From the NCBI GenBank assembly GCA_016188295.1, contig JACPIA010000004.1, forward strand, positions 42,478 to 106,477: a DNA stretch of 64,000 bases, in the 5' to 3' direction. Below the pieces are notes generated by a model. It did no database searches. It was given only the letters and a program-made list of their open reading frames with translations, and was not told the DNA's origin. The stretch's first letter is position 1; every line of letters starts with the position of its first letter. A program made the position numbers and the translations under genes. This document shows positions 1 to 9,200 of the stretch, one piece after another. This stretch comes from Candidatus Vogelbacteria bacterium. GTDB lineage: Bacteria; Patescibacteriota; Minisyncoccia; Phycocordibacterales; XYD1-FULL-46-19.

Positions 1-2
1 TT

Positions 3-1496
3 GCTTGGCAATATCCGGGGCGATCACGCCAATGGATGATTGTGGCGCTGGTTACTCTGATGCTTTTAATTGGCGGATTTATTTTAGCTCGAGACACTGC
101 TTTAATTAAAAACAGCCCAGTGCTGGCTCGTTTCGCTTCGATCTCGGCTACGGAGGCTACTACTCAATCACGTCTAATTATTTGGCAAATGAGTTTGAAG
201 GGAGTAGTGGAACGGCCTCTCTTTGGTTGGGGCCAAGAAAATTATGGAGCAGTCTTTGATAAATATTATGATCCGCGCTTATGGCGTCAGGAGGCTTGGT
301 TTGATCGCTCACACAATGTGTTACTCGATTGGTTGGTCGCTACCGGACCAATCGGCTTGTTGGCTTATCTCAGTTTGTTTGCTGGGGGATTATGGTTACT
401 GTGGCGACGACTCTCGTTTGCTGACTGGCTCGGCTCACCGGTCGCTAAAAGTTTAACCACCGGTTTATTGGCGGCTTACTTTTTTCAAAATCTGTTTGTG
501 TTCGATAACTTGATGAGTTATTGTTATTTTTTTCTACTTTTAGCTTACTTGCATCAAGCTTCAATTAAAAATAACCAAGAGACAAATCCTAAAAATTCAA
601 TAACTATTACTCCATTAGTTTGGGGAACGGTCGCAGTGGTGGTGATGATCGTCGGTAGCGTGATCTATCTAGTCAATATCGCGCCTCTGGCCACCGCTAG
701 CGGTTTAATCAAGGCAATGCGCGGTAATAGTCAACCACTAGAAAATTTAGTCTGGTTTCAAAAAGTAATCGACTATCAATCACCACTCGGTGATCGGGAG
801 CTCCGGGAGCAATTACTTAATCGAGCCGAAGCGGTAGTTCGCGACGAGCGTTTGTCTGTTGAGCAACGTCAAGCTTTTGCTGGTTATGCTTTTAAAGAGA
901 TGGAGCAGATCGTTACCCGGAATCCGGAAGATGCCAGACTGTTGCTGTTAGCTGGTAATTTTTTAAGTCACTTTAATCAGTTTGATTTAGCGGCTACTTA
1001 TTTAGAACGAGCGCGTCAATCGTCTCCGACCAAACAGCTAATTTTATTTTCGATAGCCTCTAATTATGCCGCTAAAAAAGATTATATTAAGGCCGAGGCG
1101 GCTGTCCGTCAAGCTTATGAATTAGACCCGACTTATTTAGAAGCGCGAAAATTTTACGGTTTGATTTTATTAATGAATGGCAAAATCCAAGCCGCTCGCG
1201 ATTTATTGATACCGGAATATGGGACGATTGCCGTGCCTGATCCGCAGTATATAAACTGGTTTGCGCAGACCCGCCAATATAATTTAGTCCTAGAGAGTTG
1301 GCAAAAATTGGCTCCGACAAACCCTAATAATGTTCAATATCAATTCTCACTGGCGGCCGCTTATCTGGCGGTTGGCCGTCGTACTGAAGCGATCACTACC
1401 ATTGAACAAATCATTGCCAAATTCCCCAACCATGAGAAACAGGGCCGAGAGTTGATTGACGATATTAGAGCCGGACGCAATATATTAGGACAATAA
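3..1496 (+). CDS. O-antigen ligase (Wzy_C)-like membrane protein with C-terminal TPR repeats, 5' partial
   Basis: Frame is open from position 3. Motifs 'SRLIIW...RPLFGWGQENY...DRSHNVLLDWLV..G.IGL', several TM helices, then helical TPR-like repeats. Confidence 0.8.
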   Translation, partial: AWQYPGRSRQWMIVALVTLMLLIGGFILARDTALIKNSPVLARFASISATEATTQSRLIIWQMSLKGVVERPLFGWGQENYGAVFDKYYDPRLWRQEAWFDRSHNVLLDWLVATGPIGLLAYLSLFAGGLWLLWRRLSFADWLGSPVAKSLTTGLLAAYFFQNLFVFDNLMSYCYFFLLLAYLHQASIKNNQETNPKNSITITPLVWGTVAVVVMIVGSVIYLVNIAPLATASGLIKAMRGNSQPLENLVWFQKVIDYQSPLGDRELREQLLNRAEAVVRDERLSVEQRQAFAGYAFKEMEQIVTRNPEDARLLLLAGNFLSHFNQFDLAATYLERARQSSPTKQLILFSIASNYAAKKDYIKAEAAVRQAYELDPTYLEARKFYGLILLMNGKIQAARDLLIPEYGTIAVPDPQYINWFAQTRQYNLVLESWQKLAPTNPNNVQYQFSLAAAYLAVGRRTEAITTIEQIIAKFPNHEKQGRELIDDIRAGRNILGQ

Positions 1497-1521
1497 AATT
1501 TGACCTTTCGACAAGCTCAGG

Positions 1522-1550
1522 TTGACTTTTAACTATAAATTTGCTAGGCT
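1522..1550 (+). promoter_or_regulatory. sigma70-type promoter for a putative sRNA
   Basis: TTGACT (1522-27), 17 nt, TAGGCT (1545-50) with an extended TG. Confidence 0.55.
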
Positions 1551-1556
1551 ACCAGA

Positions 1557-1639
1557 GTGAGGGTTGAGACTAGATATTTATATTCGGTCTAGACACCAAA
1601 ACGACGATCACAAACCCCCGCCTCTGGCGGGGGTTTGTG
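1557..1639 (+). ncRNA. candidate ~80-nt small RNA
   Basis: Lies between the promoter and a GC-rich hairpin. Nucleotides 1596-1608 are the exact complement of 1697-1709. Confidence 0.35.
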
Positions 1640-1640
1640 A
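1608..1640. terminator. hairpin / probable terminator
   Basis: tcacaaacccccgcc tct ggcgggggtttgtga, perfect 15-bp arms. Confidence 0.7.
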
Positions 1641-1663
1641 TATACTAATTAATAGTTTGCACT

Positions 1664-1735
1664 CCGGCATGGCCAGCGGCAGCGCTCACATAAAACATCG
1701 TCGTTTTGGAGCTTGTCTTCCGCTGGCCATGCCGG
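1664..1735 (+). promoter_or_regulatory. long 5'-leader hairpin
   Basis: ccggcatggccagcgg (1664-79) pairs with ccgctggccatgccgg (1720-35), plus inner gctc/gagc and aaaac/gtttt stems. Confidence 0.6.
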
Positions 1736-1764
1736 GACGGAAATATTTTATTGTTTTTAAATTT

Positions 1765-1920
1765 ATGCATTATCCTTGGATGATTATCGCTTTACTGGTG
1801 ATTTGGATATCAACAATTTTGTTGTTGGTGATTAACCAGTCGCCTAATGCCGACTGGTTTTTAGGTGGCGCAATTGTTTTGACAATTATTCTCACTTGCA
1901 TCGGATTTTTAACTTCGTAA
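1765..1920 (+). CDS. small two-TM membrane protein (51 aa)
   Basis: MHYPWMIIALLVIWISTILLLVI..WFLGGAIVLTIILTCIGFLTS. ATG 1765 is preferred over the upstream TTG. Confidence 0.6.
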   Translation: MHYPWMIIALLVIWISTILLLVINQSPNADWFLGGAIVLTIILTCIGFLTS

Positions 1921-2052
1921 GTTATCCACATTTTTAAGTGCTAAGTCATTGTGATCACATTTTTTTTGCGCGATACTTAAAGTAAGTAGAGTAGTGGCCA
2001 GAGTGGTCGAAGTTACTACATCACTTTAATAAAAAAAATCTGAGAAACAATT

Positions 2053-2121
2053 ATGGCTAAAAAGAAAAAGGCTAAGAAGGCAAAATCTTCAAAGAAAAAG
2101 TCTTCTAAGAAGCGCAAATAA
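2053..2121 (+). CDS. 22-aa Lys-rich basic peptide
   Basis: MAKKKKAKKAKSSKKKSSKKRK, followed directly by a terminator; below the ORF-track size cutoff. Confidence 0.6.
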   Translation: MAKKKKAKKAKSSKKKSSKKRK

Positions 2122-2135
2122 TTCCATTGGGAGTT

Positions 2136-2167
2136 AGACCGCCCTCGCTAAACGAGGGCGGTCTTTT
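2136..2167 (+). terminator. intrinsic terminator
   Basis: agaccgccctcg ctaaa cgagggcggtct ttt. Confidence 0.8.
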
Positions 2168-2201
2168 GTGTTATACTTCACCCGTATAAATTAATCTAAT
2201 T

Positions 2202-4691
2202 ATGTCTTTATTCGGCAATCTTTTTGGTGATCATAGCGAGACGATATTAAATAAGCTGGCTTCCAAAGTCCAAGCCATTAATGATTATGAGGAGCAAATC
2301 AAAATACTTACCCCTGAAGCGTTAAAGGCGAAGACCGCCGAATTTAGAGACCGTTTAAAAGCCGGTAACAGTCTCGATGATCTGATTGCCGAAGCGTTTG
2401 CGGTGGTACGTGAAGCTGCGCGCCGGACCTTAGGACAACGTCATTATGATGTTCAATTATTGGGCGGTTTGGTATTGCATCAAGGAGCCATTGCTGAAAT
2501 GAAAACCGGCGAAGGTAAGACCTTGGTGGCCACTCTACCGGCTTATCTAAATGCTTTGTCCGGACAAGGGGTGCACATTGTTACGGTTAATGATTACTTG
2601 GCGCGTCGCGATGCGGTCTGGATGGGGCAAATTTATGATTATTTAGGTTTGTCGGTGTCAGTACTTAATAGTCAGATTTCATATTTATACGATCCTAATC
2701 ACCAAGATCAAGATATTGCTCGTGATACCGAAGGCTCATTTAAAGTTTTGCCTCAATTTTTGCGCCATTGTAATCGTCAGGAGGCCTATCTGGCGGACAT
2801 TACCTATGGTACCAATAATGAATTTGGTTTTGATTATCTCCGAGATCACTTGGTTTATAATAATGGTGACGTAATGGGACGTTTCCAAGGGACGGATCGA
2901 GTGTATCCTTTTGCCATTATTGACGAAGTGGATTCGATTTTAATTGATGAATCGCGAACACCACTCATTATTTCGGCGCCGGTAGCTAATGCCGAGAGTT
3001 GGTATGCCACTTTTGCTAATATTGCTCGCCGATTAAATGAGGATGATGATTTTACTATTGACCATAAATTAAAAGCGGTCTCGTTGACCGAGGCGGGGAT
3101 TGAAAAAGCGGAGCAGGCTTTGGGGATTGAAAATATTTATACTGATAAGGGCATTAAATACGTGCATCATTTAGAGACGGCTACTAAAGCTAAAGCGCTT
3201 TATCAGCGCGATAAGGAGTATGTGGTTAAAGACGGAGAAATAATCATTGTTGATGAATTTACCGGGCGCTTGCAACCGGGACGCCGGTGGTCCGAGGGCT
3301 TACATCAAGCGATTGAAGCTAAAGAGGGAGTTAAGGTGCGCGAAGAATCGCGGACCTTTGCCACTGTAACATTGCAAAATTATTTTAGATTGTATCAAAA
3401 ATTAGCCGGTATGACCGGTACCGCTAAAACTTCAGCGGAGGAATTTCGTAAAGTGTATGGATTAGACGTAGTAGCGATACCATCTAATCAAGTATCGCGC
3501 CGCCAGGATTTACCAGATGTTGTTTTACAGAGTGAAGCAGCTAAATTTAGAGTCATTACTAAACTAGTCAAAGAATTGCAGACTAAAGGCCAGCCGGTAT
3601 TAGTGGGCACTGTCTCGATTGAAAAAAATGAGTTGCTCTCGGCTCATTTTCGTCAAGCGGGCATTGCTCACAAAATTTTAAATGCCAAAAATCATGAGGA
3701 GGAAGGGGTAATCATTGCCGCTGCGGGTGCTAAGAGCTCGGTGGTGATTGCAACTAATATGGCTGGTCGGGGCGTTGATATTAAATTAGGCGGAACAATG
3801 CCGGATGAAATTAAAACTCGCGAGATCCAAGAACTAGGCGGTTTATACGTCATCGGTACCGAGCGTCATGAGGCCAGGCGGATTGATAATCAGCTCCGTG
3901 GCCGGGCCGGACGCCAAGGGGATCCGGGAACGACAGTGTTTTATCTTTCACTTGAGGACTCATTGATGAAGATGTTCGGTTCGGATCGGATTAAGAGTTT
4001 GATGACTAAATTATCGATCCCCGAAGATGAACCGATTACCCACTCCTTAGTGTCCAAATCTTTAGAGGGGGCGCAAGAAAAAATTGAAGGACTTAACTTT
4101 GATACTCGTAAACACTTGCTGGAGTATGATGATGTGATTAATCATCAGCGGGTGACGATGTATGAGCGCCGTCAAAAAGTGTTATTTGGTAAACGGAGAG
4201 AACTTGAGGAGTTTGTGGCTCGTGCTCAAGAAATTTTAGCTTGGACTGAAGAAGAAATCGTTAATTTTAAGCAAGTTTTTAATCAAAAAGAAGTAGAGTT
4301 TGGTACCGATAAATTAGAGGCCAGTCTGCGCACGCTTATTTTACAAGTTATTGATTTATATTGGGTGGAGCATTTAGAAGCAATTGATTATTTGCGCAGT
4401 AGTGTTCGTCTGCGGGCTTATGGTCAACGAGACCCATTAGTGGAGTTTAAGCGTGAAGGGTTGCGTTTATTCAAAGATTTAGAGGTTAATATTTTTGCCG
4501 AGGCGCTTAAATTAATTCCCAACCTAGGTGTTGCTCCCGTTAAAGCCGAAGAGGTGGCGATCGGAACCACTGGACCAACCGAGCCCGGTACGACAGTTGG
4601 TCATCCCACTGTCGCCAAGGCTGTGGTGGGTAGAAATGATCCCTGCCCTTGTGGTTCAGGCAAAAAATATAAGAAGTGTCATGGGGCTTAG
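2202..4691 (+). CDS. secA: preprotein translocase ATPase SecA
   Basis: [32 protein letters not shown]-terminal [22 protein letters not shown]. Confidence 0.99.
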   Translation: MSLFGNLFGDHSETILNKLASKVQAINDYEEQIKILTPEALKAKTAEFRDRLKAGNSLDDLIAEAFAVVREAARRTLGQRHYDVQLLGGLVLHQGAIAEMKTGEGKTLVATLPAYLNALSGQGVHIVTVNDYLARRDAVWMGQIYDYLGLSVSVLNSQISYLYDPNHQDQDIARDTEGSFKVLPQFLRHCNRQEAYLADITYGTNNEFGFDYLRDHLVYNNGDVMGRFQGTDRVYPFAIIDEVDSILIDESRTPLIISAPVANAESWYATFANIARRLNEDDDFTIDHKLKAVSLTEAGIEKAEQALGIENIYTDKGIKYVHHLETATKAKALYQRDKEYVVKDGEIIIVDEFTGRLQPGRRWSEGLHQAIEAKEGVKVREESRTFATVTLQNYFRLYQKLAGMTGTAKTSAEEFRKVYGLDVVAIPSNQVSRRQDLPDVVLQSEAAKFRVITKLVKELQTKGQPVLVGTVSIEKNELLSAHFRQAGIAHKILNAKNHEEEGVIIAAAGAKSSVVIATNMAGRGVDIKLGGTMPDEIKTREIQELGGLYVIGTERHEARRIDNQLRGRAGRQGDPGTTVFYLSLEDSLMKMFGSDRIKSLMTKLSIPEDEPITHSLVSKSLEGAQEKIEGLNFDTRKHLLEYDDVINHQRVTMYERRQKVLFGKRRELEEFVARAQEILAWTEEEIVNFKQVFNQKEVEFGTDKLEASLRTLILQVIDLYWVEHLEAIDYLRSSVRLRAYGQRDPLVEFKREGLRLFKDLEVNIFAEALKLIPNLGVAPVKAEEVAIGTTGPTEPGTTVGHPTVAKAVVGRNDPCPCGSGKKYKKCHGA

Positions 4692-4696
4692 TCTTT

Positions 4697-5338
4697 ATGA
4701 TTGAAATGATGATTACTTTTATTCGCGAGGTACTCTGGCCACTAGGAGCGGGAGGAGTTTTAGCGGCCGGATTTTTAGAAGAAGTGATAGCGCCGATTCC
4801 ATCAGCATTAGTGATGCTTAGTGCAGGCTTTTTATTTTTGACGATGCCGGTGTCGGTCAGTTTTGTCAGTACGTTAATTTTAAAATTAATTATCCCGATT
4901 ACTATCGGCGTGGTGGCCGGTTCGATGATTTATTATTATGTGGGTTATGTTTTTGGTCGGCCATTTATTGAGCGTTATGGTTGCTGGCTGGGTGTTGGTT
5001 GGCCAGATGTCGAGCGCTTAGATCAGCGACTGCAACGCTCTAACCGTGATGAGCTGGTGTTATTTAGTCTGCGAGTTTTTCCCTTAATCCCTAATATTGC
5101 AATTAATTTAGGTTTTGGTCTGGCCCGCTATCATTGGCGTAAATTTTTAGTGATTATCTTAGCCGGTACGGCTGTTAGAGTTTTTATTTTAGCGATCATT
5201 GGTTCACTGGCCGGTAATTTATATTCAACCTACGCCGATTTAATTAACCGGTTTGAGAACGGTATTTTTGCTATTTTAATTATTTCTATTTTAATTTTTA
5301 GCAGTTACCGTTTAATTAAACAATATAAATTACGATGA
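4697..5338 (+). CDS. DedA/VTT family membrane protein
   Basis: 'E..APIPS..VML.AG', 'GS...Y..G...GR', 'R..P'. Overlaps the uppP start (ATGA). Start codon uncertain. Confidence 0.85.
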   Translation: MIEMMITFIREVLWPLGAGGVLAAGFLEEVIAPIPSALVMLSAGFLFLTMPVSVSFVSTLILKLIIPITIGVVAGSMIYYYVGYVFGRPFIERYGCWLGVGWPDVERLDQRLQRSNRDELVLFSLRVFPLIPNIAINLGFGLARYHWRKFLVIILAGTAVRVFILAIIGSLAGNLYSTYADLINRFENGIFAILIISILIFSSYRLIKQYKLR

Positions 5339-6120
5339 CCTGGTCTCAGATTTTAATTTTAAGTATAATCGAAGGTGTTACTGAGTTTTTGCCGGTGTCT
5401 TCGACTGGACATTTGATTTTAGTGACTAGACTGCTAAATATCACGAGCTCGCCCTTTGTGACCTCGTTTACTGTCGCAATTCAACTGGGGGCGATTATGG
5501 CGGCGGTCATTTTGTATGGATCAAAATTATGGCACAATAAAAAATTGGCCTCCTTGGCGGTGATCGGCTTTATCCCGACCGGTATCATTGGTTTTTTATT
5601 TTATAGTTTGGTGATTAAAAAATTGCTCACTAGTCCGTTAGTGGTGGTGTGGACTTTAATCATCGGTGGCTTGTTATTGATCTTATTTGAACGGTGGTAT
5701 CAAAAACATTTCCAAAATATTGAGACTAAAAATTTAATGGATTTGACTTGGTCGGATGCGGTGATTATTGGTTTGGTCCAAGCTATTTCCATTGTTCCTG
5801 GCGTCTCGCGCTCGGCCGCCACCACTTTGGCCGGCCTCGCGCGCGGTTTTAGCCGTGAGGCCGTTGTTGAGTTTTCCTTTTTGCTCGCTATCCCGACAAT
5901 GCTGGCGGCCACCAGTTATGATCTGTTAAGACACGGGTCGATCTTTAACGACAATGAGTGGGGGGCATTGTTTTTAGGGGGATTTATTTCGACTATTGTC
6001 GCTATCCTTTCCATCAAGTGGCTGATAAAATTTATCCAAACTAATTCTTTTGTTATTTTTGGTTTTTATCGCATTGTGATCGGCCTTATCTTTGCCTTAT
6101 TTTTGATTGGATTTTTTTAG
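5335..6120 (+). CDS. uppP: undecaprenyl-diphosphate phosphatase (BacA)
   Basis: EGVTEFLPVSSTGHL, PGVSRS, FSFLLAIP. Confidence 0.97.
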   Translation: MTWSQILILSIIEGVTEFLPVSSTGHLILVTRLLNITSSPFVTSFTVAIQLGAIMAAVILYGSKLWHNKKLASLAVIGFIPTGIIGFLFYSLVIKKLLTSPLVVVWTLIIGGLLLILFERWYQKHFQNIETKNLMDLTWSDAVIIGLVQAISIVPGVSRSAATTLAGLARGFSREAVVEFSFLLAIPTMLAATSYDLLRHGSIFNDNEWGALFLGGFISTIVAILSIKWLIKFIQTNSFVIFGFYRIVIGLIFALFLIGFF

Positions 6121-6211
6121 GCGCCAGTTATCCCCATGGACCTTTAAATTATAAGGTTTTTTGACGCTCGCTGGTGGTATAATTAAGGGTAGATTTCTGA
6201 CATAAAAGAGG

Positions 6212-9200
6212 GTGATTACTGTATTAAAACAATTAATACGTCAGATTGTACCTTACCTTCTCTTTTGGATTGATCCCGCTTTAATTCGGGCTGTTTGTCG
6301 TGTTGTTATTTTTATTTTAATCACTATTACGTTAGTAACTCCAAGTATTACTTTAGCCGTTTTTAATCAGCAAATAAATTATCAAGGCAAGCTAACTGAT
6401 AGCAGTAATGTGGCGGTATCTGATGGCAATTACAGTATCGTGTTTAGTTTATATACCGTTTCTAGTGGTGGCTCTAATGTCTGGACTGAAACCAAAACAG
6501 TGACGGTTACCAATGGTCTATTCAGCACAATGTTAGGTTCGGACACAGCGCTTTCATCGGTTGATTTTAATCAAACTCTTTATTTAGGAGTTAAAGTGGG
6601 TTCCGATTCCGAAATGACACCGCGCAAGACTATCGGCACTGTCCCGGCTGCCTTCGAGGCGGACAAACTCGATGGCTTAGATTCTTTAAGTTTTATCAAT
6701 TCAGCTACTACTACTTTACCTAATGTCTGGAGTATGAGCGGGTTGGGCCAAGTAGGCTCATCGAGTGCGACTACGACGGCACTGGGTAATTTAGCTGTTA
6801 TTGGCACCACCATTTTTAATGGTTTAGTCAGTGGTTATCAGCAAATTTCGGCCCCGTTTTTCACCGCCACCTCCACCACTCAAGCCTCCACTTTCCCCTT
6901 GTTCACCGGCACCACTGCTACGATTACCAATGCCACCACCACCACCCTCTTCTCTACTACTGCTTCTTCCACCAATCTCTTTACTTCCAACTTCACCTTA
7001 TGCTAATGGCGGAACCAATGCCACTTCCTTCGGTACTAATCTACTCACTTACTTTGACGGCACTCGTCTCACTTCCACTTCCAGTCCAACGGTTGGATAT
7101 GTGGTGGCGACTACGACCACCGCTACCTCAACTTTTTATGGCAATGTCCATATTATTGGCAATTTACAAACATCAGCTAGTTCGACCGCTGCCGGTCAAG
7201 CTAGTTTCACTTATGTGCCGGTTTTGGCGCATTCTTTTGGTGCTTGGGTCACCGGTGCGACCGGTGCCAATGCTCATGATTCGACGATCTATATCAATCC
7301 CGCCACCGCCGCTTCGGATACCAACTTGCTTGGTGCCGCTGTCGGTGGAGCCGTTAAATTTTTAATTGATGCCGAGGGTGATGTTTTTGCTAATTCCTTG
7401 ACTTTAGCCGGCAGTCAAACAGTCAGCACTTCCAGTATTTCCACTCTAATTGTGGAGAACAATTCTTTCCTGGGTGATGCCGCCAATAGTGACTGGACGC
7501 ATATCAAAGGCTCGGCGTGGGTGGAGAGTAATAAATCCAGTGGTGCTTCGTCCACCGCTTTGACGATTACTCAAACCGGCACAGGTAATATTTTACGCTT
7601 GGCTAGTGATTATAGTACGGCTAACCCTTTCTTTCTGGTTACGGCCGCCGGTAATGTGGGAGTTGGCACCTCTAGTCCTTACGCACCACTTGCGGTCGTC
7701 GGTCAAGCAGTGGCCGCTTATTTTACGGCAACGACCAGTGTGGCCTCAACTTTTCCTTATGCTTCGACTACGGGTTTAACTGTTTCCAGTTTGGCTTCCA
7801 CGACTAATTTGTTGATTTCTAAAATTGGTACTAGCACTCAAGCTTTTGCGGTTGGTTCGGGGTTGATCAGTAATTTAGATATGTTAGGCGGTGATCTATA
7901 TATTGGTGGTGATGCCGAGGTTGATGGCGTACTGTATGTTCAAGGTCAACTGATTTCTTCTGGCTCCTCCGAATTTACCGGCGCGATTACTTTTACTCGG
8001 GTACCGACCTTGCCTCACACTTTTACCTCGTGGGCGATTGGGACAGCTAACTCTAATGTTTCGGACGCTACGGTCTATATCAACCCCGCTACGGCTGATG
8101 CCGACACCAACTTATTTGGCTTGGCGGTGGGCGGGTCGGTCAAAACAATGATTGATGCTGAAGGTGATATTTTTGCCAATTCCTTAACTTTGTCTGGTGG
8201 ACAGACAGTCAGTACTTCAACTATCTCCACTCTAATCGTTGAGAATAATTCTTTCCTTGGTGATGCCGCTAGTAACGACTGGACTCACATCAGAGGCTCA
8301 GCGTGGGTCGAAAGCAATAAATCCAGTGGCGCTTCCACTACTGCGCTCACGATTACGCAGACTGGTACTGGTGATTTCTTTCGTATCGCCAGTGATTATA
8401 ATGATTCCGTGCCTTATTTTGTCGTCAAAAATTCCGGCAATGTCGGTATTGGCACTACCTCGCCTTACACTAAATTATCAGTCGATGGTAAGGGGGTGTT
8501 TAACCAAGATGTTAGAGCGGACTACTTCACCGCCACCTCCACCACTCAAGCCTCCACTTTCCCCTTGTTCACCGGCACCACTGCTACGATTACCAATGCC
8601 ACCACCACCACCCTCTTCTCTACTACTGCTTCTTCCACCAATCTCTTTACTTCCAACTTCACCTTATGCTAATGGCGGAACCAATGCCACTTCCTTCGGT
8701 ACTAATCTACTCACTTACTTTGACGGCACTCGTCTCACTTCCACTTCCAGTCCAACGGTTGGATATGTGGTGGCGACTAGTAGCAGAGCTTCGATCTTAC
8801 CTTATGCTTCCACTACCGCCTTGACTATTTCTGGTACCGGCTACTTTGCTGGTTCCGGCATTTGGAATTCGGCTGGTAGTGTGGGGGTGGGTACTACTTC
8901 ACCATCAGTAAAGTTAGAGGTAGTCACTGGTACGTCAGGGACGGAAAATCGGTTCTTGGTTGATCCCGCTACTACTAATGGCTCTAATCGTACTTTGCGC
9001 TTTAGTCGTTTAGGTGATGGTTGGGGGATTCAGTCTGAATACACTAACACTGGTGCTGTCCGCGATTTATCACTCCAAGCTTCTGGCGGCAATGTTGGTA
9101 TTGGTACTTCCACTCCAGGAGTAGCGCTGGATATTGTCGGGTCTTTTGGCACCAAACCTACGGCTATCAGCGGTACACTTTTGGCTTTATCTAATACTCT

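Noticed and set aside
1564-1764. TTG-started N-terminal extension of the small membrane protein
   Set aside because: It runs through a terminator, a promoter and a hairpin; ATG 1765 is more credible.
1922-1930. Perfect DnaA box TTATCCACA as oriC
   Set aside because: Single box with no cluster, unwinding element or dnaA/dnaN context.
6831-6995. Poly-proline N-termini of ORFs 6831 and 8239
   Set aside because: These are off-frame readings of Thr/Ser-rich ACC/TCC codons of the preceding fragment.
6860-8779. Diversity-generating retroelement TR/VR pair
   Set aside because: The copies are identical (no adenine-specific mismatches) and no reverse transcriptase is in the window.
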